This document shows positions 1-8,782 of a DNA stretch of 15,045 bases, piece by piece (the first letter of the stretch is position 1; every line of letters begins with the position of its first letter). The position numbers were made by a program, and so were the translations under genes. Source of the DNA: Candidatus Hydrogenedentota bacterium (GTDB taxonomy: Bacteria; Hydrogenedentota; Hydrogenedentia; Hydrogenedentales; SLHB01); NCBI GenBank assembly GCA_034408725.1, contig JAWXCN010000181.1:1-15045 (forward strand). The letters are read 5' to 3'. Under the pieces are notes generated by a model. The model was given only the letters and a program-made list of their open reading frames with translations, ran no database searches and had not been told where the DNA came from.

Positions 1-2
1 CC

Positions 3-2045
3 CGGATCACCAACGTCATGATGACGCCGTCATTGTTGCGTATGCTTCCCGCACAGGACCTTGATGATCTCTGTGTCGTCGAGTCGGGTGGTGAGCCATG
101 TACAGCGGGCCTTGCGGCGCTGTGGGCGAAGGGACGGAAGTTTTTTAACGCGTAAGGGCCCACGGAAACCACGGTGTGCGTTACCACGGCAACCTGTGAA
201 TCCGGCGCCGGAAGCGAGCCGCACATCGGGCGGCCAATTCCAAACACACAGCTTTACGTGCTTGATGAGCGCATGCGCATGGTGCCGCCGGGCACTCCGG
301 GCGAGTTGTACATCGGCGGCGTCGGCGTTGGGCGCGGATATCTTAATCGTCCCGATCTGACTGCTGAACGCTTCGTTCAAAATCCGTTCAACTCCACCGC
401 CGGTGATCGGCTCTATAAATCCGGCGACCGCGTGCGCTATCGGGAAGACGGCAACGTCGAGTTTCTCGGCCGCATCGACAAGCAGGTGAAAATTCGCGGC
501 CATCGCATCGAACTGGGCGAAATAGAAGCGGTCCTTCAACAATATCCCGACATCGCCGAGTGCGTCGTCACGACGAGCACGGATACGTTAGGCGATCCGA
601 AATTGGTGGCCTATCTTGTGCCCCGGCGCGCGGGCCAAACCTTTGACGGAGAACTCAAAGGCTACCTGCGGTTGCTTCTGCCGGACTATATGCTCCCGTC
701 CTCCTATGTGTTGCTGGACGAGCTTCCCCTGAATGCGAACGGCAAGGTCGATCATGAGGCGCTTCCCAAACCGGGCCGCGACCATCATGAAGAACGCGAC
801 ATTGCCGCGCCGCGGGACGGCGTCGAGCTGGATTTGAAACTGATATGGGAACAGGTGCTGGACACCCGTCCGATTGGCGTTACCGATCATTTCTTCGATG
901 CAGGCGGTCATTCCCTTTCCGCCGTACATTTAATGGACCAGATTCATAAGCACTTTGGCGTGCGACTATCTCCCGCCGCACTGTTTGAAGCATCAACAAT
1001 CGAGGCGCAGGCCGGACTCATCCGGCGCAGCGGAGAATCCGCGCCCGCCCCAATCGTGGTGCCGTTGCAACCCCTCGGCGACAAAACGCCTTTCTTTTGC
1101 ATTCACCCGGCGCCCGGCACGGTTTTCTGTTACATGCCAATTGTGTCCCACATGGGTTTGGACCGCCCGTTCTACGGATTGCAGGCTCCCACGGTAGATG
1201 GCGTGGGCCGCGTTATCGACTCCATTCCCGAGGCCGCGATCACGTACATCGAAGCGATGAAGAAAACGCAACCCAATGGCCCCTACATGCTCGGTGGACA
1301 TTCGTCCGGTGGAAGCATCGCGTACGAAATGGCGCAACAGCTCAGGGCGCAAGGCGATGAGGTCGCGCTGATCGTCATGCTGGACAGCATGGCGCCAATT
1401 CCGGGAGGCCGCTCGGAAGAACTGTACCGCCTCATCGTAGACGCGACCAACGATTCCGTGTGGCTTGCAAGCATCGTGCTGTTGGTAGAACATTTCTTCG
1501 ATACGAAACTGGGATGTTCGTACGCGCTGCTGAAATCGCAACCCATGGAACAGCAATTTGAGACCGTGCTTGATGCGCTCAAGCGCGTCAATTTTCTGGC
1601 CCCCAGCGCAGACGCCGGCGCCATCCGGGGCATGGTCGAAAACTTCAAGCGCACGCTCGGAGCGACAATGCAGTATCAACCCAAGCTGTATGAAGGCCGC
1701 ATCGCATTTCTTAAGACAAGCGATCTGTTCACCGCGGTTCCAGACGGCGTTATGCGAGAAGGAATCTACAATTACCTGAAAGCGTTGCTCGGCAACTGGC
1801 GAATGAGCCTGCGCATTCTCCCGCAGATAGTGCGGGATATTACAACGACTATCCGGCGCAGCGGCGCACTACGACGCTTCCTCGGAGACGAGTCGTTGGG
1901 GTGGCAGCAATTCTCCACGAAGCCGGTGATTGTCCGGCCCGTACCGGGCAATCATATTTCGATGCTTACGGATCCCCACGCCCAAGGCGTTGCCGCCGCG
2001 CTTGCGGCGTGCCTCAACGATCAGGAGCCGCCCTCGAGATCCTAG
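3..2045 (+). CDS. Non-ribosomal peptide synthetase, C-terminal module (adenylation-PCP-thioesterase). 5'-truncated by the window edge, with an in-frame TAA at 153-155 (possible pseudogene or sequence error).
   Basis: The frame from position 3 reads RITNVMMTPSLL...ESGGEPC...FFNA*GPTETTVC. It then shows A-domain cores A6 GELYIGGVGVGRGYL, A7 YKSGD, A8 GRIDKQVKIRGHRIELGEIE, A9 LPDYMLP and A10 NGKVD. PCP motif is FFDAGGHSL (Ser at 912-914). TE nucleophile motif is GHSSGG (Ser at 1302-1304), with C-terminal PGNHISML. Confidence 0.95.
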
Positions 2046-2554
2046 TTGTATTTGCGCGCGGACCTAATAGGCAGGTCACATCGTTGTACATTCCTGGCCC
2101 ATTCATGCCGGATGACGCTGACTTCCCCATTGTTTTCCATGATCAACAGTTCAACTTCGTTTGGATCATCCACGCCACTTAGGCGCAGCTCTTCGAGCAC
2201 GTCGCGTTTGTTCATGTGCTCCTTGCGCATACCCTTCAGCTGAAACTCGCCATTTTTCATCAGGACCGTCGGCGACCCTTCCAGCAGCGCGCCCAGCGAA
2301 GGCAGGAAATACGTCGCCCAAGCGTTGATCTGGTGAATCAGGGCGACCGCCAGGATGGCCGCGCCTCCTTCCAGAAACGTCACATCGGCAAAAATGATCT
2401 CGGCGACAATCTCCCCAAGGAGCAGCGCAATTAATAAATCAAAGGCGGTGAAGTTTCCTATCGCCCTTTTGCCGGAGAACCGTATGACCAGAAAAAGTAA
2501 CAGGTATACGCTTACCGCACGAAGCGCGATCATGGTTAGCGAGGGCGTGTCCAC
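2042..2554 (-). CDS. DUF421 (YetF-like) membrane protein
   Basis: Hydrophobic N-terminal helices with R-x-S-G-K-R-x-I-G-x-F-T-x-F-D-L, then LEGSPTVLMKNGE, EELRLSGV and MENNGEVSVI, all typical of DUF421. The start is uncertain: GTG at 2554 chosen, ATG at 2533 possible, and the ORF-track extension to 2629 looks non-homologous. Its stop overlaps the NRPS stop (CTAG, 2042-2045). Confidence 0.88.
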   Translation of the reverse strand: MDTPSLTMIALRAVSVYLLLFLVIRFSGKRAIGNFTAFDLLIALLLGEIVAEIIFADVTFLEGGAAILAVALIHQINAWATYFLPSLGALLEGSPTVLMKNGEFQLKGMRKEHMNKRDVLEELRLSGVDDPNEVELLIMENNGEVSVIRHEWARNVQRCDLPIRSARKYN

Positions 2555-3072
2555 CGCACTACACCGGGAAAGCCGCTGAGACGACCAGGACGACCCAATC
2601 ACGCTTGCGCCTGTGCGCCTCATGAACAAAGAACTGCATGGTTCAAATCTCCAGAGATTAGCTTAACGGGAGTGGGTATAGACCCGGAGTCAGGCAATTG
2701 CCTATTTCAATGTCATTGGTTGTCCGATGAATGTGAAGGGCTGTGAAAACACACCGGGACATTATTAAAAACACTACTATATGTGGTCATAAAATCTTCT
2801 TTTTGGCCTGATTTCGTTCGATAGTTGTGACAAATCGCTACAATCCACCGCAATTGTTTGTCGAGCATGGAAACTTACCCCGAAACGGAAAGGTCAAATC
2901 ATCACGGGAATCGGACCAAAGGCTGGCGGAGGGCAAACCGCGCCCCGTCCTACTTTGCCGTTTTTTCCATGGGAGTCGATATCGCGTTATGATATGTGAG
3001 CATCTTCCAGCCACGGCGCAAGGCGTCATTGCCGGAAACTTGGCGTCAACCGCGCCAGGGAGCGCGATACCG

Positions 3073-4287
3073 ATGAAATTCCTGTTTGCACCTTTGGGCT
3101 GGGTGCTTGCGCACACATCCAGGTGCGTCGAGATCGCCAAGGTGCTGCGCAGTCGCGGCCACGACGTCGTGTTCATCGGCGAAGACCCGTCCCATCCCCG
3201 CTCTAAGCTTTCCCTGGTCGAGGACGCGGGATTCAGGCTAATCCACGCCAAAGAACCCTATCAGCCTTATGGCTGGGACCGCTTCGAGAAGTATGGTTTC
3301 GCAATTTGCGGGTGGGACCTGCTGCGCCTGAACAAATGGGTGCCACTACAGGAAATCATCGAAAAACAGGTGCGCATCATTGAACAGGAGAAACCCAATA
3401 TCATCGTGGGCGACGCGTCGGTGAGCGCTAGCACCGCGGCGTATATCGCGGGCATCCCCGCGGCGGGCATTCTGAACGGGTACGCGAGTCATTTCCTCAC
3501 GCCGGACTATATTTTCCATCCTGCGTTGCAGGCGTATGACCGGTTGCATCTGGCCCGGTTGCGCAAGCGCGCATTCAAAACGTTCGGCAAGAAACCGGTA
3601 AACTCGCTGAACCTGCTTCGGTCGATTCCATTGATTTCGCCGGACCTGCATGGACTCTACGACAACCCGAAATTTTTCCCGAATTACCACACCGTAGGCC
3701 CGATCTTCGCGGAGCATCCCTCGCCGTTGCCGGAATGGTTTGACGAACTCGGCGATGGCCGCATCAATGTCTATATCACGATGGGCTCGACGGGGTTTCT
3801 CGATACTTTCTTGCGCCGGACGTACAACGAACTCTCGCGGCTACCATACCGGTTTATTGTGACGACCGCGCGGCAGGTGCGCGAGGAGACGGCCCGGATG
3901 GCCCCGCCGAATTTCCGCTTGTGCGAATATGCACCCGGTTCGCAGATACTCAAGCATTGCAGCGCGCTGATTTTCCACGGTGGCAACGGGACAATGTATC
4001 AGGCGCTCGGCGCGGGCGTCCCGATGATTGCCCTGCCCTCTCACCACGAACAAGAAGCGATCACGCGTATCTGTGTTAACAACGGATTTTGCCTACGCAT
4101 GAACGCGCGTGGATTCCGCACGGACGACCTTGCGAAGAATTTGCGGCGCATCATAGAGGAACAGCAGTTCCGCGAAGCCGCGGAGCAATTCTCGCATCCC
4201 GTGCGCAATGCCAATGGTGCGGAACAGGCAGCGGATTTGCTGGACCGTTGCGCCCGCGCGGGTGTACCCGCCGGCGCCGACCTCTAA
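3073..4287 (+). CDS. Family 1 (GT-B, MGT/UGT-like) glycosyltransferase
   Basis: ATG at 3073 is preceded by GGGAG. N-terminal LAHTSR...LRSRGHDVVF, central VYITMGSTG, and the nucleotide-sugar binding signature IFHGGNGTMYQALGAGVPMIALPSHHEQ. Confidence 0.92.
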   Translation: MKFLFAPLGWVLAHTSRCVEIAKVLRSRGHDVVFIGEDPSHPRSKLSLVEDAGFRLIHAKEPYQPYGWDRFEKYGFAICGWDLLRLNKWVPLQEIIEKQVRIIEQEKPNIIVGDASVSASTAAYIAGIPAAGILNGYASHFLTPDYIFHPALQAYDRLHLARLRKRAFKTFGKKPVNSLNLLRSIPLISPDLHGLYDNPKFFPNYHTVGPIFAEHPSPLPEWFDELGDGRINVYITMGSTGFLDTFLRRTYNELSRLPYRFIVTTARQVREETARMAPPNFRLCEYAPGSQILKHCSALIFHGGNGTMYQALGAGVPMIALPSHHEQEAITRICVNNGFCLRMNARGFRTDDLAKNLRRIIEEQQFREAAEQFSHPVRNANGAEQAADLLDRCARAGVPAGADL

Positions 4288-4324
4288 CCTTCACTTCTCG
4301 AAACCTGTCACGCGACGGAGTTCC

Positions 4325-4345
4325 TCGTGCTCGTACTCGTAATCG
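4325..4345. repeat. Hexamer-periodic repeat unit (single arm), family shared with 12116-12220
   Basis: TCGTGCTCGTACTCGTAATCG is 19/21 identical to 12119-12139 TCGTGCTCGTCATCGTAATCG. Confidence 0.7.
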
Positions 4346-4369
4346 ATTCTTCGATTTTCGTTCCTGGTT

Positions 4370-4443
4370 TAGGGGACAGCCACCCGCGCAGGAAATTCTA
4401 TGTGCGTACGGCCGGGTTTCGAGCGCGCGGGTGACAGTCCCCG
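4370..4443. repeat. REP-like inverted repeat element (GGGGACAGCCACC...GGTGACAGTCCCC family), copy 1
   Basis: Arms at 4372-4389 (GGGGACAGCCACCCGCGC) and 4425-4442 (GCGCGGGTGACAGTCCCC) are 16/18 complementary. The element lies between two convergent stop codons. Confidence 0.85.
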
Positions 4444-4445
4444 GA

Positions 4446-6053
4446 TCAATTCCCTTCCACCCCAGCCGAAGCAAAGTATCCTGCCTCGAATGACCAACCA
4501 TTGGCATGGTTTTCGATCCGCACATCGATTGACCGGCCCGCAAGCGGCGTCAGATCAATTCGTTCTTTTTGCCATTCGCCCTGAGTGTCAATCTTCCGCT
4601 CAAGTGACAGCGCTCCGTCGATGAACACCTTGAGAACATAATCGCCCTTCGGATCGGACGCAGTCTCAATTATCAATTCCGGCTTGCCCGTCGAGGGTAC
4701 GTCAATGCGCGCCGAAATGACCGCCGGACTCGACTCGCTCACCGGATGCAACACGAGCACGTTTTCCCGGCCCAACGCCTCGGATCTTACGCCCGGCGCC
4801 ATGTCCGTGCCGCACGCGATTACGCGCCACTTCGGGTCCCACCACGCAAGCTCCGATTGCGCAATTGGCGTTTTCATTGCCTCGACTTGGTCCGGCCATT
4901 GTTCAAAGGTCATCGGTGGAAGCGGCTTCTGTCGAGTGAACGTGTATCCGTCATCGGTGACCGTGCCGCCGGATCGGATAATAATGCGCTCCGACACCGC
5001 CTGACACACTGGAATCAACGATGAAAACGAGTAATCAGTATGCGAAAATTTCGTATCCGCCATTGCGGCTATCCCCGACGTGAATGTCGCATCGAGCGCG
5101 TCAAATCCTTTCATGCAACCCAGCACGCCGACAGCGTTCGACGGATTGCAGTCGGCGTCCTGTCCGCAGCGCGTCGCGATTTCCATCGTCTTCGCAAAAT
5201 CGCCATCGCCGTAAAGCAGTCCCATCACGATATACGCGCCATTGAGTTTCGCATCGATGTTGAAATCGTCGCCTGGCGCGCAGTCGATGTCGTCTTGCCA
5301 TTTGGCTTCGATTTGCTTCCATGCCGCAAGCCAAGCATCCGGCGCGGCATCGTGAAACACGATGACATCGGAAATACACTTGTGATACTGCGAATCCTTC
5401 GGAATGCACGCTAGCCCGGCATCGATGACGGCGCGCACGTCGTCCTCAAAATAAGCCGCCGCATACATTCCCGATACAAACATCCCGCCATAGAGACCAT
5501 CGCCATAGTTCATAATCCTGCCGAATACATCGCATAGATGGTTCGATTCCTGTGGAAGTCCAGGACACAATATGCCAAACAAATCGGCCTCAATCTGGAA
5601 GTCGATGTCATCCGCGTGCCGGTTGTACAACGGATGGCCTGACATCGGAGGCATGATACCGTGCCGGCAATTTTCCCGCCCATGATGGTTCGCATGCCAC
5701 AGCGGGTAGCCCGTATTCGCGAACGCCTTGCCTGCCTGTTCATACGAAACGTTCAGCCCGTGGTCCTCAATCGCCTTCAAAAACGTCATCTCGACATAGC
5801 AATCATCCTGATCGATCGCGCCCGCCACCATCTCCGGCGACCACGCGCGCAACGGCTCGGTAATAGGTTTGCCGTTCGACCGGAACTCATACGGCGCGCC
5901 ATAACACACGCCGATCATCTGGCCGGCCCACGCGCCTTTGCATTTGTCGAGGTAGCGCGCTTTGGAAAGTGTGGCTGTGTCCGCCACCACACAGGACATC
6001 ACAATAAAGGAGATTACGATTGTTCGAATGCTGCCCATTCTCATCCTTACCAT
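4446..6053 (-). CDS. ADP-ribosylglycohydrolase family protein with putative signal peptide and C-terminal beta-rich accessory domain
   Basis: YLDKCKGAWAGQMIGVCYGAPYEF, the acidic metal-binding motifs DQDDCYVE and GQDADCNPSNA, and DDIDFQIEAD. The N-terminus is hydrophobic. Alternative ATG starts at 6044 and 6038. Confidence 0.85.
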   Translation of the reverse strand: MVRMRMGSIRTIVISFIVMSCVVADTATLSKARYLDKCKGAWAGQMIGVCYGAPYEFRSNGKPITEPLRAWSPEMVAGAIDQDDCYVEMTFLKAIEDHGLNVSYEQAGKAFANTGYPLWHANHHGRENCRHGIMPPMSGHPLYNRHADDIDFQIEADLFGILCPGLPQESNHLCDVFGRIMNYGDGLYGGMFVSGMYAAAYFEDDVRAVIDAGLACIPKDSQYHKCISDVIVFHDAAPDAWLAAWKQIEAKWQDDIDCAPGDDFNIDAKLNGAYIVMGLLYGDGDFAKTMEIATRCGQDADCNPSNAVGVLGCMKGFDALDATFTSGIAAMADTKFSHTDYSFSSLIPVCQAVSERIIIRSGGTVTDDGYTFTRQKPLPPMTFEQWPDQVEAMKTPIAQSELAWWDPKWRVIACGTDMAPGVRSEALGRENVLVLHPVSESSPAVISARIDVPSTGKPELIIETASDPKGDYVLKVFIDGALSLERKIDTQGEWQKERIDLTPLAGRSIDVRIENHANGWSFEAGYFASAGVEGN

Positions 6054-6074
6054 CCACCTTTGTTGAATTGATTC

Positions 6075-7235
6075 CTAATCACCCTCAACTACCCACTCTG
6101 GAGTAAACGACGCGTGCTTGATTGACTTCTTCCCATCACGTGAGTGCGTATAGGTAACGTGGATGCGTCCATCCTTTCCTTCGATTGCAGTCGGATACGC
6201 GAATCCGCCTTCCCCTCTTTCAATGACGTCGAGATGCCGCACCGATTTCCACGTCGCGCCTTCATCGTCCGACAATGCAACTGCGAGCGAGTACCGCGCG
6301 TCCTCGGCGTCGTTGAACACATGCACCCAGCGTCCGTCTTTCAGTGTTACCGCGGCAATGCTCGCGCCGGGGTTTGGAATGTCCGTGTCGCGCGCCGCCG
6401 ACCACGTGTCGCCATTGTCATCCGAAGTGCTCATCAGCACCCGTTGTGGCGGCCCGCCACTATCGCGGCAATACGCGACAAGCTGTCCGCTTTTCTTCTG
6501 AAATATCGTGGGTTGAATCGGCGCGAACCCGATCATCGGCAGGCTCGGCCTCCACGTCTCGCCGTGGTCGTCGCTAATTGAAACCAGTCCTGCATTAAAT
6601 CCATCCGAATACAACGGCACCAGAATCCTGCCCGATTCGAGCTGCACCGGTTTCGCCCGCGTCATCCAGCCCAATTGGCGTTTCAACGGGTCCTTCGACG
6701 CCTCGATGATCAACCGTGTGTATTGCAGCGCATACTCGCCCCACATCGGCTTCGGCATGTTGAGTTCTTCAAACTTTTCTTCCGTGGCCTTCACGAACTC
6801 CTCGCCCGGTTTCAGCAGAATAATATCCTGCCACGACCACTCGGGCGCACCGTCCTTTCTATACTTTTCCGCGCGCCGGTACTTGAGCAACGATTGTTCC
6901 CACCGGTTCGCCTGCACCACGATCCAGAACAACCAAAGACGGTCCTTCGAATCAATGAACAGCGTGGGATTGCAATCCGGGTGGTCCGGCGTGTCCGCCA
7001 TCGTGAACACGTCGCTCCACTCGTTCTCGCCTTTCCGCAAGCGCGCGCCCTGGACTTTCACGTCGTTCGCGCTACGCTCTCCCGACCCATAGAACCAGCA
7101 GGCGATGAGATCGCCGTTCGGCGCTTCAACAATGCTGCTGCCGTGGCAATGTTTGTCCTGTGGCGGAAATATGAGTTCGGATTCGTAGCCCGCGGCGGAA
7201 AATGCGACAAGGGAAAGTGCGACAACGTAAGTCAT
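6075..7235 (-). CDS. BNR/Asp-box beta-propeller protein (sialidase/neuraminidase-like family), putatively exported
   Basis: Three Asp-boxes (SDDHGETW, SDDNGDTW, SDDEGATW), plus HGSSIVEAPNGDLIACWFYGSGE, DCNP and FAYP. ATG at 7235 has GAGG 7 nt upstream and starts a signal-like MTYVVALSLVAFSAAG. Confidence 0.88.
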   Translation of the reverse strand: MTYVVALSLVAFSAAGYESELIFPPQDKHCHGSSIVEAPNGDLIACWFYGSGERSANDVKVQGARLRKGENEWSDVFTMADTPDHPDCNPTLFIDSKDRLWLFWIVVQANRWEQSLLKYRRAEKYRKDGAPEWSWQDIILLKPGEEFVKATEEKFEELNMPKPMWGEYALQYTRLIIEASKDPLKRQLGWMTRAKPVQLESGRILVPLYSDGFNAGLVSISDDHGETWRPSLPMIGFAPIQPTIFQKKSGQLVAYCRDSGGPPQRVLMSTSDDNGDTWSAARDTDIPNPGASIAAVTLKDGRWVHVFNDAEDARYSLAVALSDDEGATWKSVRHLDVIERGEGGFAYPTAIEGKDGRIHVTYTHSRDGKKSIKHASFTPEWVVEGD

Positions 7236-7262
7236 AAATATGCCTCGTTTCATGTTGCTCAC

Positions 7263-7339
7263 GGGAGGGCGCGCGTCCCCGCGCGCCTGTTAAATTATGG
7301 TCAAATGGCAATGCGCGCGAGGACGCGCGCCCTCCCTAC
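7263..7339. repeat. REPIN-like element: two inverted GC-rich REP units
   Basis: 7263-7286 (GGGAGGGCGCGCGTCCCCGCGCGC) and 7313-7336 (GCGCGCGAGGACGCGCGCCCTCCC) are 23/24 complementary around an AT-rich 26-nt spacer. Each arm is itself a hairpin (GCGCGCG-4 nt-CGCGCGC). Confidence 0.88.
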
Positions 7340-8757
7340 GCGATCACTTCTGCTATCACCCGGCCGTGTACGTCTGTTAGGCGCATGTCGCGTCCTCCAA
7401 ATCGATACGTGAGCTTTTCGTGGTCCACGCCGAGTTGGTGAAGAATCGTTGCGTGAATGTCATGAATATCCACGGGATTCTCTACCGCGGACATCCCCAT
7501 TTCATCAGTCGTCCCATACGTAATTCCATTGCGCACGCCGCCGCCCGCCATCCAAATCGTGTAGCCGCTGACGTGGTGATCGCGGCCGTCTTCCCCGCCG
7601 GAATGCGGGGTGCGGCCCATCTCTCCCGCCCACAACACTAGCGTGTCGTCCAGCAGGCCTCGCGCCTTCAAATCCGTCAGCAAGGCGGCTACGGGCTGAT
7701 CCGTGATGCGCGCGTTTTCTTCGTGACGCAGTTTAAGTTCACCATGTTGGTCCCACGGCGCGTTGTTGCTGTGCGTGAGCGGACACGTAATCTCTATGAA
7801 CCGTACACCCGCTTCAACCAGCCGGCGCGCGCGAAGACACTGCAACGCATAGAAGCGATCATAGTCATTGGCGCGGTCTACACCGTAAAGCTTTAGCGTC
7901 GCCTCGCTTTCTCCGCTGACATCACACAAATCCGGCACGAGCGACTGCATGTGCGCCGCGGTTTCGTAATTGCGAATGGCGGATTCGATCGCATCAGACC
8001 CGCCGCGCGCGGCGGCGATTGCGGCATCTTGTTCGCGAAGGAAATCCAGTTTTGCCGCCTGTATTTCGCCCAGATCGGCGGGCACAATATTGTCCACGGG
8101 CTCGCCGTGCGCGCGCACCATCGCGGCCTGGTGCGTGGCCGGTAAGAAGGAGCTGGCGAAATTCTGGAAGCCACCGTTCGGAACCCAATCATTGTTCAAC
8201 AGCACGTAACCGGGCAGTTGCTCGTTCTCCGTGCCGAGTCCATACGAAATCCACGCCCCGAGGCTTGGCGCCGCGCCGATGCTGCGGCCCGTGTGCAACA
8301 GCAGGTTCTGCGCGCCGTGCAACGGCGTTTCGCCAACGACGGACCGAATCACGCAAAGGTCGTCCGCGATCTGCGCCACGTGCGGAAAGAGATCGCTTAC
8401 CCACAATCCCGATTCCCCGCGCTGCTTGAACTCCCACAGGTTCTTCAACCATTTGCGCGACGGACTGATCGCCTGCGAGCCTTTGTCGGCTTTCCATTGC
8501 ACAGGCTGCCCGTGGAATTTTGTGAGTTCCGGCTTGGGATCAAACGTGTCCACATGTGACACTCCGCCGTCCATGAACAGGAAGATGACGTGTTTCGCGC
8601 GCGGCGCGAAATGCGGCACGGGCCGGCGCGCCTCCGCCGCGGCCCAATTGCTTGCAAGGCCGGCGAATGCGAGCTGGCCAAATCCCATGCTCGTGCGCTG
8701 AAGGAAACCGCGCCGCGTGAGGGCGGGTTGCTCGCAGCCGGGACAGAGCGGGTTCAT
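7336..8757 (-). CDS. DUF1501 domain protein (sulfatase-like fold) with twin-arginine motif
   Basis: LTRRGFL, PHFAPRAKHVIFLFMDGGVSHVDTFDPKP, ARRLVEAGVRFIE, WDQH, GEMGRTP, GRDHH, DIHATILHQLG and RLTDVHG. Confidence 0.93.
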   Translation of the reverse strand: MNPLCPGCEQPALTRRGFLQRTSMGFGQLAFAGLASNWAAAEARRPVPHFAPRAKHVIFLFMDGGVSHVDTFDPKPELTKFHGQPVQWKADKGSQAISPSRKWLKNLWEFKQRGESGLWVSDLFPHVAQIADDLCVIRSVVGETPLHGAQNLLLHTGRSIGAAPSLGAWISYGLGTENEQLPGYVLLNNDWVPNGGFQNFASSFLPATHQAAMVRAHGEPVDNIVPADLGEIQAAKLDFLREQDAAIAAARGGSDAIESAIRNYETAAHMQSLVPDLCDVSGESEATLKLYGVDRANDYDRFYALQCLRARRLVEAGVRFIEITCPLTHSNNAPWDQHGELKLRHEENARITDQPVAALLTDLKARGLLDDTLVLWAGEMGRTPHSGGEDGRDHHVSGYTIWMAGGGVRNGITYGTTDEMGMSAVENPVDIHDIHATILHQLGVDHEKLTYRFGGRDMRLTDVHGRVIAEVIA

Positions 8758-8782
8758 CGAGTATGCGTTCCCGCTATGTGAA

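Noticed and set aside
174-176. GTG as the true NRPS start
   Set aside because: It lies inside the A5 motif region. A-domain homology continues upstream past the TAA.
2867-2970. Possible c-di-GMP-I or cobalamin riboswitch (GGCAAACC and GGGAA words, GGCAAA/TTTGCC pairing before a T run)
   Set aside because: The GNRA-capped P2, the GCAAAG segment and the B12 box are missing, and the putative terminator loop is too large. An Rfam scan would settle it.
2827-3072. 82-aa N-terminal extension of the glycosyltransferase in the ORF track
   Set aside because: GT-B homology starts at MKFLFAP (3073), which has a ribosome binding site. The extension looks like translated intergenic DNA.
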